Source: a plasmid. From it: a DNA stretch of 64,000 bases. The notes beneath the pieces were generated by a model. That model did no database searches, was not told the DNA's origin, and saw only the letters and a list, made by a program, of their open reading frames with translations. The number at the start of each line of letters is the position of its first letter. The stretch's first letter is position 1. The position numbers and the translations under genes were made by a program. The stretch lies in sequence record NZ_CP012903.1; one strand, written 5' to 3'. Below are positions 56,376 to 64,000 of the stretch, piece after piece.

Positions 56376-56816
56376 CGAAAAAGGCAGAGGGGGTCAGCCT
56401 CTGCCTTGTTTCAAGTTCCCTTCACCATCACTACCGGCTACGGGTCAGTTGCTTGATCACAACGATAATCTGCAAGCTGATATGCACAATCTGCAAAACC
56501 AGCAGGATAGTTGCCAGAGTTACCACTCGTTCTCTCCTTTGATGGAGAGTGTGCCATCGGAGCGATTGCTTTTGGGTTTCCCATCACCCCGCGCACCTGT
56601 AGTTGGCAGGAACTGACAGCACTCTCAGGTTGAAGCAAATCAGACAGCACCACCTGTTTCTGATCGGGATGGAAACCTGTGTCGTAACCCATCAAACCAG
56701 AGAAATACCGCAGATACACAATCTGCCTACTGAGAATATTATACGTTAGCCGTCCCCCCCCTCGAAGTATTTCGGTTGACATAAATAACGATAAAGGGGT
56801 AATCTTTAATCAGTTG

Positions 56817-56938
56817 GCAGGTACTGACAGTACGTAGTAAACATCAGCAATTACCTCACCAGTACATTGCAGATGAAATAATTTTATCCCTCTCATTTAG
56901 AGACAAATTAACCCGATCCCGTATCGGGTTTTTTTGTG
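56817..56938 (+). ncRNA. Candidate small RNA (about 120 nt) with its own promoter and intrinsic terminator
   Basis: TTGACA at 56777 with GGTAAT about 17 nt downstream. A perfect 5' hairpin GTACTG-A-CAGTAC. Terminator CCCGATCCCGTATCGGG + T7 at about 56912-56938. No plausible ORF. Confidence 0.35.
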
Positions 56939-57107
56939 CCTGAACATATCCCCGGTCACATCACAACGCATACAGCCATCTCTGTTAAGCACTCTATCCC
57001 CCTGTTCGCTTCGGCATCTCTTTGCCAGTGATAAAATCAATCCAAGAAAAAATGCAATCCCCGAGTGGATTGTCACAACATGGTTTCTGGTTAAGGAAAA
57101 ATAAATA

Positions 57108-57431
57108 ATGATTGATACACTTAATTACTATCAAGACCTCAGCCCCTCAGCAAAGGCTACTGCCCGTACTCAGGTTGTCGCCTGTGAAGCAGCTGCCTAT
57201 AAGACCGAATTGGCTCTCGCGGTGTCCTGTGCTGCAACCAGCAGTATTCATTCTCGCATCAGCCATAACCCAAACCGCATACGTGCGCTCTCAAATAAGC
57301 TGCGTCTGATCCGTCATTATCAGACCGCACCAACGGAAAAAGTTGAAAAATTCATTGAAGAAAATCTGTGCATGTTTGATGCTGGTGGACGTTTTTACCT
57401 GTTCTTAAAGAAAGCATTCTTTCAGGCGTGA
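57108..57431 (+). CDS. Hypothetical protein (107 aa)
   Basis: ORF with RBS. Confidence 0.35.
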   Translation: MIDTLNYYQDLSPSAKATARTQVVACEAAAYKTELALAVSCAATSSIHSRISHNPNRIRALSNKLRLIRHYQTAPTEKVEKFIEENLCMFDAGGRFYLFLKKAFFQA

Positions 57432-57586
57432 ATGCTACGCCTTAAAATATCAGTTTTACCAGAAAGGCAAGGGATAGAAGTAGCAGCACACAGAAAGAAC
57501 ATATCACAACAAATAGCAAACAAAATCATACCATTACGCGTAGTTTGCTTATCAATGGCATTTAACGGATGTTCGATTTTGCGTCT

Positions 57587-57727
57587 GAATGACGTCTAAT
57601 TGACATCCGAATGACAGTCAAACAAAGCTCATATCACCCTTTAATGACACTCAAATGACATTCAAATGACACTCAAATAGATGTTATATAAGCCTCTAAT
57701 GATGGTTGTATAACATCTGAATGACAG
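57587..57727. promoter_or_regulatory. Array of about 8 AATGACA heptamer repeats (three tandem at 11-bp spacing) upstream of parA; candidate par operator
   Basis: CTGAATGACG, AATTGACAT, GAATGACAG, TTAATGACACTCAAATGACATTCAAATGACACTCAAATAG, CTGAATGACAG. Confidence 0.5.
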
Positions 57728-57826
57728 TTTTTCCTGCGTATGATGTTGTTTGTGGTTTTGCAAAAACTAGAACGTGTCGATATTTCTGATATAATCCTAA
57801 AAAAACAACACATCAAAGGGGTTCAT

Positions 57827-59032
57827 ATGTCAGATAATTTTGACAGATTGTTGGACACGGGTAAGCGTGCCAGCATCATGCTTAACTGGCTCACCGACCA
57901 GATCCAATCTAAAAGGGATGAGCTTGACCAGACGGAGTTCTATAAAACGTATTCAAAAGCCGCCGTCGTAAAAATGCCGCACCTGACCAAACGAGCTGTA
58001 GATAATGCCGTTGAGGAAATGGAGGCAAACGGTTATCAGTTCGGAAAACGTCATGGGGGCGTTGCCACTCAGTATGCTATGACCATTCAGAACATCAGCG
58101 ATATCTATGCGCACCGGGGTATAAAAACCTACCGGGAAAAGCGCGGAAAAGCGTTCGTTATTTTTGTTGTTAACCTTAAAGGCGGGGTTTCAAAAACCGT
58201 ATCCACCGTGACGATGGCGCATGGTATGCGTACCCATCCCACCTTGCTGCATGAAAACTTGCGCATCCTTGTTATTGACCTCGACCCTCAATCGTCCTCA
58301 ACCATGTTCCTGAACCATCACCATAGTATCGGTACTGTCGATAATTCCAGTGCTCAGGCCATGCTCAATAAAGACCTGACCCGTGAAGAAATTCTGAATG
58401 AGTTCGTTAAGCCTTCTATCGTGCCGGGCGTTGATATCATCCCTGCATCAATAGAAGATGCGTTTATCGCCTCTCGTTGGTCATCTCTATGCAGCCAGTA
58501 CCTTCCGGGCATGAACGAGCACAACGTTCTAAATGAGAATATCATCGACAAAATCAGCGACGACTACGATTTCATTTTTGTGGATACCGGCCCTCATTTA
58601 GATCCGTTCCTGATTAATACTTTAGCGGCAAGTCACATGCTGATGACCCCTGTACCGCCTCCGCAAGTGGATTTCCACTCAACACTGAAATACCTCACTC
58701 GACTGCCTGAGCTGATTCAGATGCTGGAGGACTCCGGCTTACCAAGCAAAATTATCGCCAATGTCGGCTATATGTCGAAAGTCTCAAATAAAGATGACCA
58801 CAAAAAGACACATAGTTTTGCGAGAGATGTTTTTGGCGCGGATATGCTCGATGCCACACTCCCTCGTCTGGAGGGGTTTGAACGCTGCGGAGAATCATTT
58901 GACACCGTAATCAGCGCGAACCCTCAAACGTATGCAGGCAGTCAGGATGCACTAAGAGCCGCCCGTGTTGCAGCTGAGGACTTTTCCCGTGCCGTGTTTG
59001 ACCGTATTGAGCTATTGAGGGGTGCCGCATGA
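57827..59032 (+). CDS. parA: Type Ia partition ATPase ParA (P1/P7 ParA-like, 401 aa) with N-terminal HTH
   Basis: Highly similar to P1 ParA throughout (FVVNLKGGVSKTVSTV Walker A'; ...LPRLEGFERCGESFDTVISANP...). Confidence 0.9.
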   Translation: MSDNFDRLLDTGKRASIMLNWLTDQIQSKRDELDQTEFYKTYSKAAVVKMPHLTKRAVDNAVEEMEANGYQFGKRHGGVATQYAMTIQNISDIYAHRGIKTYREKRGKAFVIFVVNLKGGVSKTVSTVTMAHGMRTHPTLLHENLRILVIDLDPQSSSTMFLNHHHSIGTVDNSSAQAMLNKDLTREEILNEFVKPSIVPGVDIIPASIEDAFIASRWSSLCSQYLPGMNEHNVLNENIIDKISDDYDFIFVDTGPHLDPFLINTLAASHMLMTPVPPPQVDFHSTLKYLTRLPELIQMLEDSGLPSKIIANVGYMSKVSNKDDHKKTHSFARDVFGADMLDATLPRLEGFERCGESFDTVISANPQTYAGSQDALRAARVAAEDFSRAVFDRIELLRGAA

Positions 59033-60015
59033 CCCAGAAAAAACCAAGAGAAGTTCTCGGAAGAACATTTAGCGAATCACCTCTTTCCGGGATTAACGTT
59101 CCATTATCCGCTGCCTCTGGCGAGAGTCTCCGCTTTGTCCTGAAATCAGGCAGAAAGGTTATGTTTCAAACTGAGACTATCACAGCCGAGCAGGTTGAAA
59201 CTCGCACCTACGTTGACCCCAAAATTAACGGGCGTGACCAAAACGCTCTGACACAGGAATCCCTTGCAGACATCACCAGTACACTGCAAAACCAACAGTT
59301 CTTTCCTGCCATTGGTCGGCTGGTGGAAGGGCGGATTGAAATCCTTGATGGGTCACGCCGTCGTGCAGCTGCATTACTTTGTGGTGTTGGCCTCCGGGTT
59401 ATGTACACTAAAAGTGAGATGACCGCCGAAGAAGCCCGCCAGCTCGCAGCTGAGATACAGACAGCGAAAGAGCATAACATCCGTGAAGTAGGGATGACTC
59501 TCATCGCTATGCGTGATCAGGGTATAACGCAGAAGGATATTGCGGAACGGCAAAACATGTCTACCGCTGCCGTTTCCCGTGCCATTCAGGCTGCAACAGT
59601 TCCCGAAAAGATGGTTTCTGTTTTCCCTATTCAGTCGTTGCTGGTATTCGCTGATTATAAAATTCTTCTGAATATTTCTATTCAGGCAGAGAAAAAAAAG
59701 ATTGATATAGATACCCTCGTAGCGAATGTCGTTCTTGCAGCAAAAGAATTAGAAAAAGAGTCCCTGCAACCTGACCTTTACAAAGAACGCGTTATGAAGC
59801 TTTTTGAAAGCAATTTCTCAACGCTGGAAAACAAGCCGGTAATAGAAAAACCTGTTTTTGAAACGCTAAAAGAGTATGACGATAAGCGTAGATACGCGCG
59901 GAAAAAATCAGATACCAGAGCGCGAAAGTTTACGTATGAGTTCAGTCGCATCAGCAAAGAAGCCCATGAAAAAATTGACGCGTTTATCCGGTCTGTCATC
60001 GAAGAAGATAGTTAA
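59029..60015 (+). CDS. parB: Partition protein ParB (P1 ParB-like, 328 aa)
   Basis: ...IEILDGSRRRAAALL... and a C-terminal dimerisation/DNA-binding region similar to P1 ParB. Confidence 0.85.
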   Translation: MTQKKPREVLGRTFSESPLSGINVPLSAASGESLRFVLKSGRKVMFQTETITAEQVETRTYVDPKINGRDQNALTQESLADITSTLQNQQFFPAIGRLVEGRIEILDGSRRRAAALLCGVGLRVMYTKSEMTAEEARQLAAEIQTAKEHNIREVGMTLIAMRDQGITQKDIAERQNMSTAAVSRAIQAATVPEKMVSVFPIQSLLVFADYKILLNISIQAEKKKIDIDTLVANVVLAAKELEKESLQPDLYKERVMKLFESNFSTLENKPVIEKPVFETLKEYDDKRRYARKKSDTRARKFTYEFSRISKEAHEKIDAFIRSVIEEDS

Positions 60016-60049
60016 CCTGTCTGATTTTGGAAACCTTCTAAACCCGGTT

Positions 60050-60073
60050 AATCCGGGTTTTTTTATCTCTAAT
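60050..60073 (+). terminator. Rho-independent terminator after parB
   Basis: AACCCGG-TTAAT-CCGGGTT + T7. Confidence 0.6.
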
Positions 60074-60126
60074 TATCCTGTAATGACTTTTCGTTTAAGT
60101 TGCTGATTTTAGTGATTAACAAGGCT

Positions 60127-60175
60127 AGATTTCATCTTGAAATCCTGTAAATCTCTTTCGAATTTCATCTCTCAA
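60127..60175. promoter_or_regulatory. parS-like centromere copy 2 (canonical position downstream of parB)
   Basis: GATTTCAT-CT-TGAAATC palindrome and AATTTCAT box. Confidence 0.55.
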
Positions 60176-60285
60176 AATCTTCGACCCCTATGGTGCTCAT
60201 GGGATAATTTTTATCGCATAACACCTTGTAATCATATCGAGGCTAATCGTAATAGCTCGCAGCATCCACACTGGAGGAAATCACT

Positions 60286-60936
60286 ATGTCTTCTAATAGC
60301 ACGGCAACCCTCACCTTCACTTTTGACGGTAACGCTCCCTCAGCATGGATAAGCGCTCTGTCACGGCCTAACCCGTCCGATTCATGGATTGACCCAGAAT
60401 CGCCGGGCAGCGTGGTACTGAGAGAGATTATGACCCATTCCTCTGTCGATACCGATGTGGCCGGGAAAACCAAAACACTTACTGCCAACATCCCTGAGCA
60501 AGCAGATGTACTGTCTGCGCTGCTCGAGGTGTATGTTTCCGCTGATGTGAAAATACTGCTAATGGCAGGGTGTGAGAAGGTGGATAATCTGATCTGCGTC
60601 ACGAGCAAAACAACGCGTCTCATGCCTAACGGCTTTGTTATCAGCTGTGAGCAAAAGGCAGAACGCCTCATGTACTTCATGACGCAAAACGGTATCTGTG
60701 TGCTGGCTGATCCAACCATTAATCTGTCAGCTGAAAAGCTGCCCGGCGCAACCTTCTTTGCCAGTGAGCAAGAGATGGACGCGGAGGGGTTAGCCCGCTG
60801 GGGGGAGAACGGCGGGGAAGGGTGGCGAACCCATGCCACCATGCAGAACGGCAGACCTCTCCTGCTGAACGGCTTCGGTAATATGATTGAATTGGGCGAT
60901 GAACCCGAAGTAACGATTAACTCTCTCAGCAATTGA
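60286..60936 (+). CDS. Hypothetical protein (216 aa)
   Basis: Preceded by promoter motif copy 7 (TCGACC-N16-GATAAT at 60181-60208). Confidence 0.4.
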   Translation: MSSNSTATLTFTFDGNAPSAWISALSRPNPSDSWIDPESPGSVVLREIMTHSSVDTDVAGKTKTLTANIPEQADVLSALLEVYVSADVKILLMAGCEKVDNLICVTSKTTRLMPNGFVISCEQKAERLMYFMTQNGICVLADPTINLSAEKLPGATFFASEQEMDAEGLARWGENGGEGWRTHATMQNGRPLLLNGFGNMIELGDEPEVTINSLSN

Positions 60937-60946
60937 GCCTGAGCCT

Positions 60947-61459
60947 ATGAAGAATTTTTCATTTAAAGCATATTGGCGTGGTTTTCTGCTGGTGGGGTTA
61001 AGCGCGGGAGGCTGCGCCCTTTTCTTCCATGAGCTGACCATCTACCTTTCAGGATTGCAAAAGCCCTTTCCGCTTGAGTTGGCCTTTTCTGGATCGCTCA
61101 TGCTGGCGCTGATAATGGAACTTCGCCACGGCATTAACCGGCTCGTGCTCGTTCAGGCCACGGTAACAATTATCATTTTTGTTACTGCTGTGTACCTTGC
61201 CGAACACCTGCGCTTTTTTTACATGGTTACTGTTAACGCCCTGAAAGCGGAGCCACTGGCAAAAGAGGTAATAGGGGAGGAATACTACTCTGTTATCACT
61301 AACGCGGCGGTAGGGTACGGCGGATGCTTTGCAATCTCCATTACTCTCGTTCGTCTGTGCCTGTGGGGGATTTTGAGAAAAATACTTTTAAGGGTATTAA
61401 CTGAGGAAGGACAAAGCAAGATATGCCCGTGCTGTGGGTCTGTCATGAAAACCTTCTGA
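60947..61459 (+). CDS. Membrane protein with C-terminal CPCCG motif (170 aa)
   Basis: Four predicted TM helices. Confidence 0.4.
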   Translation: MKNFSFKAYWRGFLLVGLSAGGCALFFHELTIYLSGLQKPFPLELAFSGSLMLALIMELRHGINRLVLVQATVTIIIFVTAVYLAEHLRFFYMVTVNALKAEPLAKEVIGEEYYSVITNAAVGYGGCFAISITLVRLCLWGILRKILLRVLTEEGQSKICPCCGSVMKTF

Positions 61460-61485
61460 CTACATTCCTACAGCACCAAAAATAA

Positions 61486-61508
61486 GCCCGCCCAATGCGG
61501 GTTTTTTT
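61486..61508 (+). terminator. Rho-independent terminator (CCCGC-CCAAT-GCGGG + T7)
   Basis: Hairpin plus T-run 25 nt upstream of promoter motif copy 8. Confidence 0.65.
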
Positions 61509-61628
61509 ATAAAACTATTTTGCTTTTGACTATTCGACCGCCCTTACCTCCGTGGGAAAATAACTACATCAGCAAGACTGATACAAACAATCAATGACAG
61601 CCAGAGCTAAACGCAACCGCTGTCCTAA

Positions 61629-61907
61629 ATGAAAAATCAGGAGATCACTATGTACGGTACAGTTAAAGAAATCATCGCTCATCTTTCTCAATACAAAAAT
61701 CAAGATGAACAGATTGGTACAATTATCTGGCATTCCGATGATGTCAAAGCTGCTGTACAAGATTTTAACAATGAAGAGATTAGTGATGAAATTGCTCGTG
61801 ATGCCCTGAAACATGCGATCAGCTCACATGATGCTAACTATGGTATCACTCATGAAACGCTGGTATGTGCCGCTGAATTCGTTATTGAAGAACGAAAAAA
61901 GGCATAG
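61629..61907 (+). CDS. Acidic hypothetical protein (92 aa)
   Basis: ORF with RBS. Confidence 0.4.
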   Translation: MKNQEITMYGTVKEIIAHLSQYKNQDEQIGTIIWHSDDVKAAVQDFNNEEISDEIARDALKHAISSHDANYGITHETLVCAAEFVIEERKKA

Positions 61908-61935
61908 ACTCCCTATCCTAAAGATACCCAAACAA

Positions 61936-61956
61936 GACCGCTTAATCGGCGGTTTT
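61936..61956 (+). terminator. Rho-independent terminator (ACCGC-TTAATCG-GCGGT + T5)
   Basis: Hairpin upstream of promoter motif copy 9. Confidence 0.55.
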
Positions 61957-62059
61957 TCTTTAACTCTTAACTGTATATTTTTTAACCGATATCCTATTCG
62001 ACCCCTTTCCGTGCGGTGTTAGCCTTTTAATCATTACTACACGTTAAGAGGGTTCATTC

Positions 62060-62422
62060 ATGCACGAAAATAGCTTTCTCGATGTCAATACACTCGTCAT
62101 TACCCGGCACGCTCAGGAGCGATGGAAAGAGCGTGGTTTCCGTGGCACCTATGGATTACTGGAAGAATTATCAAAGGCGCAGCTCTTCACCGAAGAGGTG
62201 AGGGGGGTGGATATTATCCTCACTGAGTTTATGCGAGTCACGTCAATGTATTATGAGTGCAAAGAAGAGAGAAAATATTTCTTCACTAATTGGTTTATAT
62301 TTGTTGTATGTCAATCAACGCTGATCACCTGCATATCCCGAAATTCTCATGTGAAATACAGGAAGAAACTCGCTAAAAGCACCAACAAAAAGAGGGTGAA
62401 CAACCAGTACGCACACCGCTAA
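62060..62422 (+). CDS. Hypothetical protein (120 aa)
   Basis: ORF only. Confidence 0.35.
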   Translation: MHENSFLDVNTLVITRHAQERWKERGFRGTYGLLEELSKAQLFTEEVRGVDIILTEFMRVTSMYYECKEERKYFFTNWFIFVVCQSTLITCISRNSHVKYRKKLAKSTNKKRVNNQYAHR

Positions 62423-62439
62423 AACTGTCGGGGAATGGA

Positions 62440-63096
62440 ATGGCATCAAGATTATCTAAATGGTTTTTCTGGAGCTACTGGCTAACACTGATAGTCATGG
62501 TGTTCATCGCAGTTATAGGTAGTCAGGCCGTCACTCGTAGTGATGATTTACGTGTCTACCTCATGGCCTCTCGGGTCGCCCCTTACAATACCAACTGGGT
62601 ATCTGTGATACGGGACAGGGAAAAGCCGGATACCACGGCATTACTGGTTAACGTGCCCGGAACGAACGATAAGGCGCATATGCGCTACATAGAGTACATG
62701 ACAGCTGATTTAGCAGGTATGGGTAGGGAAGATCTAAAGCGTCTCATACAGAGCGATACAGAGGCTTCTGTGGCTAATGAACCTGTTTATGGGAAACTGG
62801 TAGATGTTGACCCTAAAATGGCAAAATTGCTTTTTTATGATACGAAAAGCGACATGTTGTTGCTGGGTCTGACGCTGTTCTCTCTGCCGGAAGTTATTTT
62901 TCTCATTGTCACAACCGCTGTTAGCCTGCTGCGATTCGTTGTAAAGGGCAGAGGGCGTCAGGCGCTGGTGGTTTTCACCTACTGGACAAAGATATCGTAT
63001 TTCGTCTCGTTCTTCTGTATGTGCGCGGCCTTGTGGGCTATGTCATTCCCTGTGTACCGTCCGGCTATTCATTTCCTGAGTAGCGTTTTGAAATAA
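62440..63096 (+). CDS. Membrane protein (218 aa)
   Basis: N- and C-terminal TM segments. Confidence 0.4.
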   Translation: MASRLSKWFFWSYWLTLIVMVFIAVIGSQAVTRSDDLRVYLMASRVAPYNTNWVSVIRDREKPDTTALLVNVPGTNDKAHMRYIEYMTADLAGMGREDLKRLIQSDTEASVANEPVYGKLVDVDPKMAKLLFYDTKSDMLLLGLTLFSLPEVIFLIVTTAVSLLRFVVKGRGRQALVVFTYWTKISYFVSFFCMCAALWAMSFPVYRPAIHFLSSVLK

Positions 63097-63342
63097 CCAT
63101 GACAGGCAAACAGAGCGTTTACCGAAGGATCGCGCTATAGCCTCTCATCTCCTGCCTCGCTATTCACATTAACGTTAAAGACTTAAATTCTATAGCCGAT
63201 AAATCAAATATTTATAAAAATATTTGGAAGAAAAACGGAGGTATCCTTGTTTTTCTGGCTGAACTACCAGAAGACAAAGCTTATCAGATGTATTCTGATG
63301 CGGTTCGATAAACCTGTCTTACCAGAAAGGGAACAAACTCAG

Positions 63343-63621
63343 ATGAAAATCATCAAAATCTATACACCTCATGAACTGGCTCTGTTGAGAGATCCTGCTT
63401 TCAGATTGATAGTGATAGAGGCTATTGGTACAGATGGATTCGTTGAGCAATATAATCTACTAAATAATGTCTCACTTAATCAGCCTAAGAACGGTCTGGA
63501 GGTATTAATCGATCAGGCTACAGGGGCAGCAGATAAGCATCAACGCGTATACTTCAACGGACTTCTTAAATTTATCTATGAAACTGTATACTTACGGTTA
63601 GAACCGATGGCTTTGGGGTAG
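63343..63621 (+). CDS. Hypothetical protein (92 aa)
   Basis: AAGGGA RBS; an internal ATG of ORF 63247... Confidence 0.35.
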   Translation: MKIIKIYTPHELALLRDPAFRLIVIEAIGTDGFVEQYNLLNNVSLNQPKNGLEVLIDQATGAADKHQRVYFNGLLKFIYETVYLRLEPMALG

Positions 63622-63732
63622 TTCCGGGAACCGTTGTCGGGTAATGAATGGGTTTACCTTTCATTGCCCGGCAGCGGTTGGACAAGCGTAGCGCGTCAGA
63701 TATTCCTCCACATTACCATCATTTAAAGTTAT

Positions 63733-63741
63733 CCACATATC
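63733..63741 (+). promoter_or_regulatory. Consensus DnaA box TTATCCACA
   Basis: Exact 9-mer immediately upstream of a GATC cluster and iterons. Confidence 0.6.
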
Positions 63742-63749
63742 CACCGTGT

Positions 63750-63810
63750 AGATCCAATAATAGATCCATAGAGAGATCCAGATAAAACCAAAAAGATCCC
63801 CGTGGTCTGT
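63750..63810. promoter_or_regulatory. Cluster of four GATC (Dam) sites in an AT-rich stretch
   Basis: TAGATCC, TAGATCC, GAGATCC and AAGATCC lie within about 55 bp, as in the P1 oriR methylation-dependent region. Confidence 0.55.
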
Positions 63811-63843
63811 AGCCTTACTGCCACAAGGCTTACAACGTTTTTC

Positions 63844-63953
63844 GGTGTGTGCTGAGGGGAAAAAGGTGTGTGCTGAGGGGAAGAAAGTGTGTGTTACGGG
63901 GATTTGGGTGTGTGCTGAGGGGAAAAAAGGTGGGCGTCACGGGGAAAATATGA
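63844..63953 (+). repeat. Five directly repeated 21-22-bp iterons (GGTGTGTGCTGAGGGGAAAAA family), a P1 RepA-type origin
   Basis: Units at 63844, 63866, 63888, 63910 and 63932 resemble the P1 iteron consensus GATGTGTGCTGGAGGGAAA. repA is expected just beyond the window end. Confidence 0.65.
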
Positions 63954-64000
63954 TACTTTTCCACAATCGTAGCATTTACGTGGGGGGGAATTATTTTATT

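Noticed and set aside
56438-56782. 114-aa minus-strand ORF in the intergenic region before the candidate sRNA
   Set aside because: It has no RBS and opposes every surrounding gene. The region is better explained as non-coding (promoter, hairpin, terminator).

Overview
The window is a mosaic plasmid segment with three parts.

- **Left, 1-12.0 kb, GC-rich resistance region.** It carries a partial Tn21-family mer module (start of merT, then merR). The 38-bp IRmer of that module is split by an IS4321/IS5075-like IS110-family element. Next come IS1, catA1 (the Tn9 cat gene) and a ybjA-like GNAT gene. A Tn21-subfamily mercury transposon without an integron follows. Its order is IRtnp, tnpA, tnpR, res, merE, merD, merA, a small ORF, merP (frameshifted), merT (read-through), merR, IRmer.
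- **Middle, 17.4-41.0 kb, accessory island full of IS elements.** Two 38-bp Tn3-family inverted repeats at 17375-17412 and 32285-32322, each flanked by AGGGA(C), bound a 15-kb insertion into a small backbone gene. Inside it are a partial IS1 joined to a partial IS5, and an AT-rich Tn3-family transposon carrying a resolvase, a parDE toxin-antitoxin pair, a (DSMAK)n repeat protein and a frameshifted tnpA. Further in are a quinone-oxidoreductase gene split by an IS3-family element, an IS5-family remnant cut by IS26, an ftnB-like gene, and an IS5 whose transposase carries a nonsense codon. Just outside this insertion lies a SIR2-HerA anti-phage defence pair. Its herA is split by an IS911-like element with a 3-bp GTT duplication. 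The pair is cargo of a Tn3/Tn1000-like tnpR-res-tnpA unit.
- **Flanking backbone, 12.0-17.4 kb and 41.0-64.0 kb.** The left arm has three LexA (SOS) boxes in front of a umuDC-like pair, a Tus-like gene and a dinI-like gene. The right arm has HigBA, about 35 co-directional small ORFs, a P1-type parA-parB pair with two parS-like centromere sites, and a P1-like iteron origin at the window end (DnaA box, GATC cluster, 21-22-bp iterons). A conserved promoter-like element, TCGACC-N16-GATAAT, often just downstream of an intrinsic terminator, recurs at least 13 times in front of these ORFs.

The observations most worth following up are the promoter-motif regulon, the SOS-boxed Tus-like/DinI-like/UmuDC-like module, the nested Tn3-family structures, the repeat protein between duplicated parE segments, and the paired parS-like sites and 75-bp repeats.
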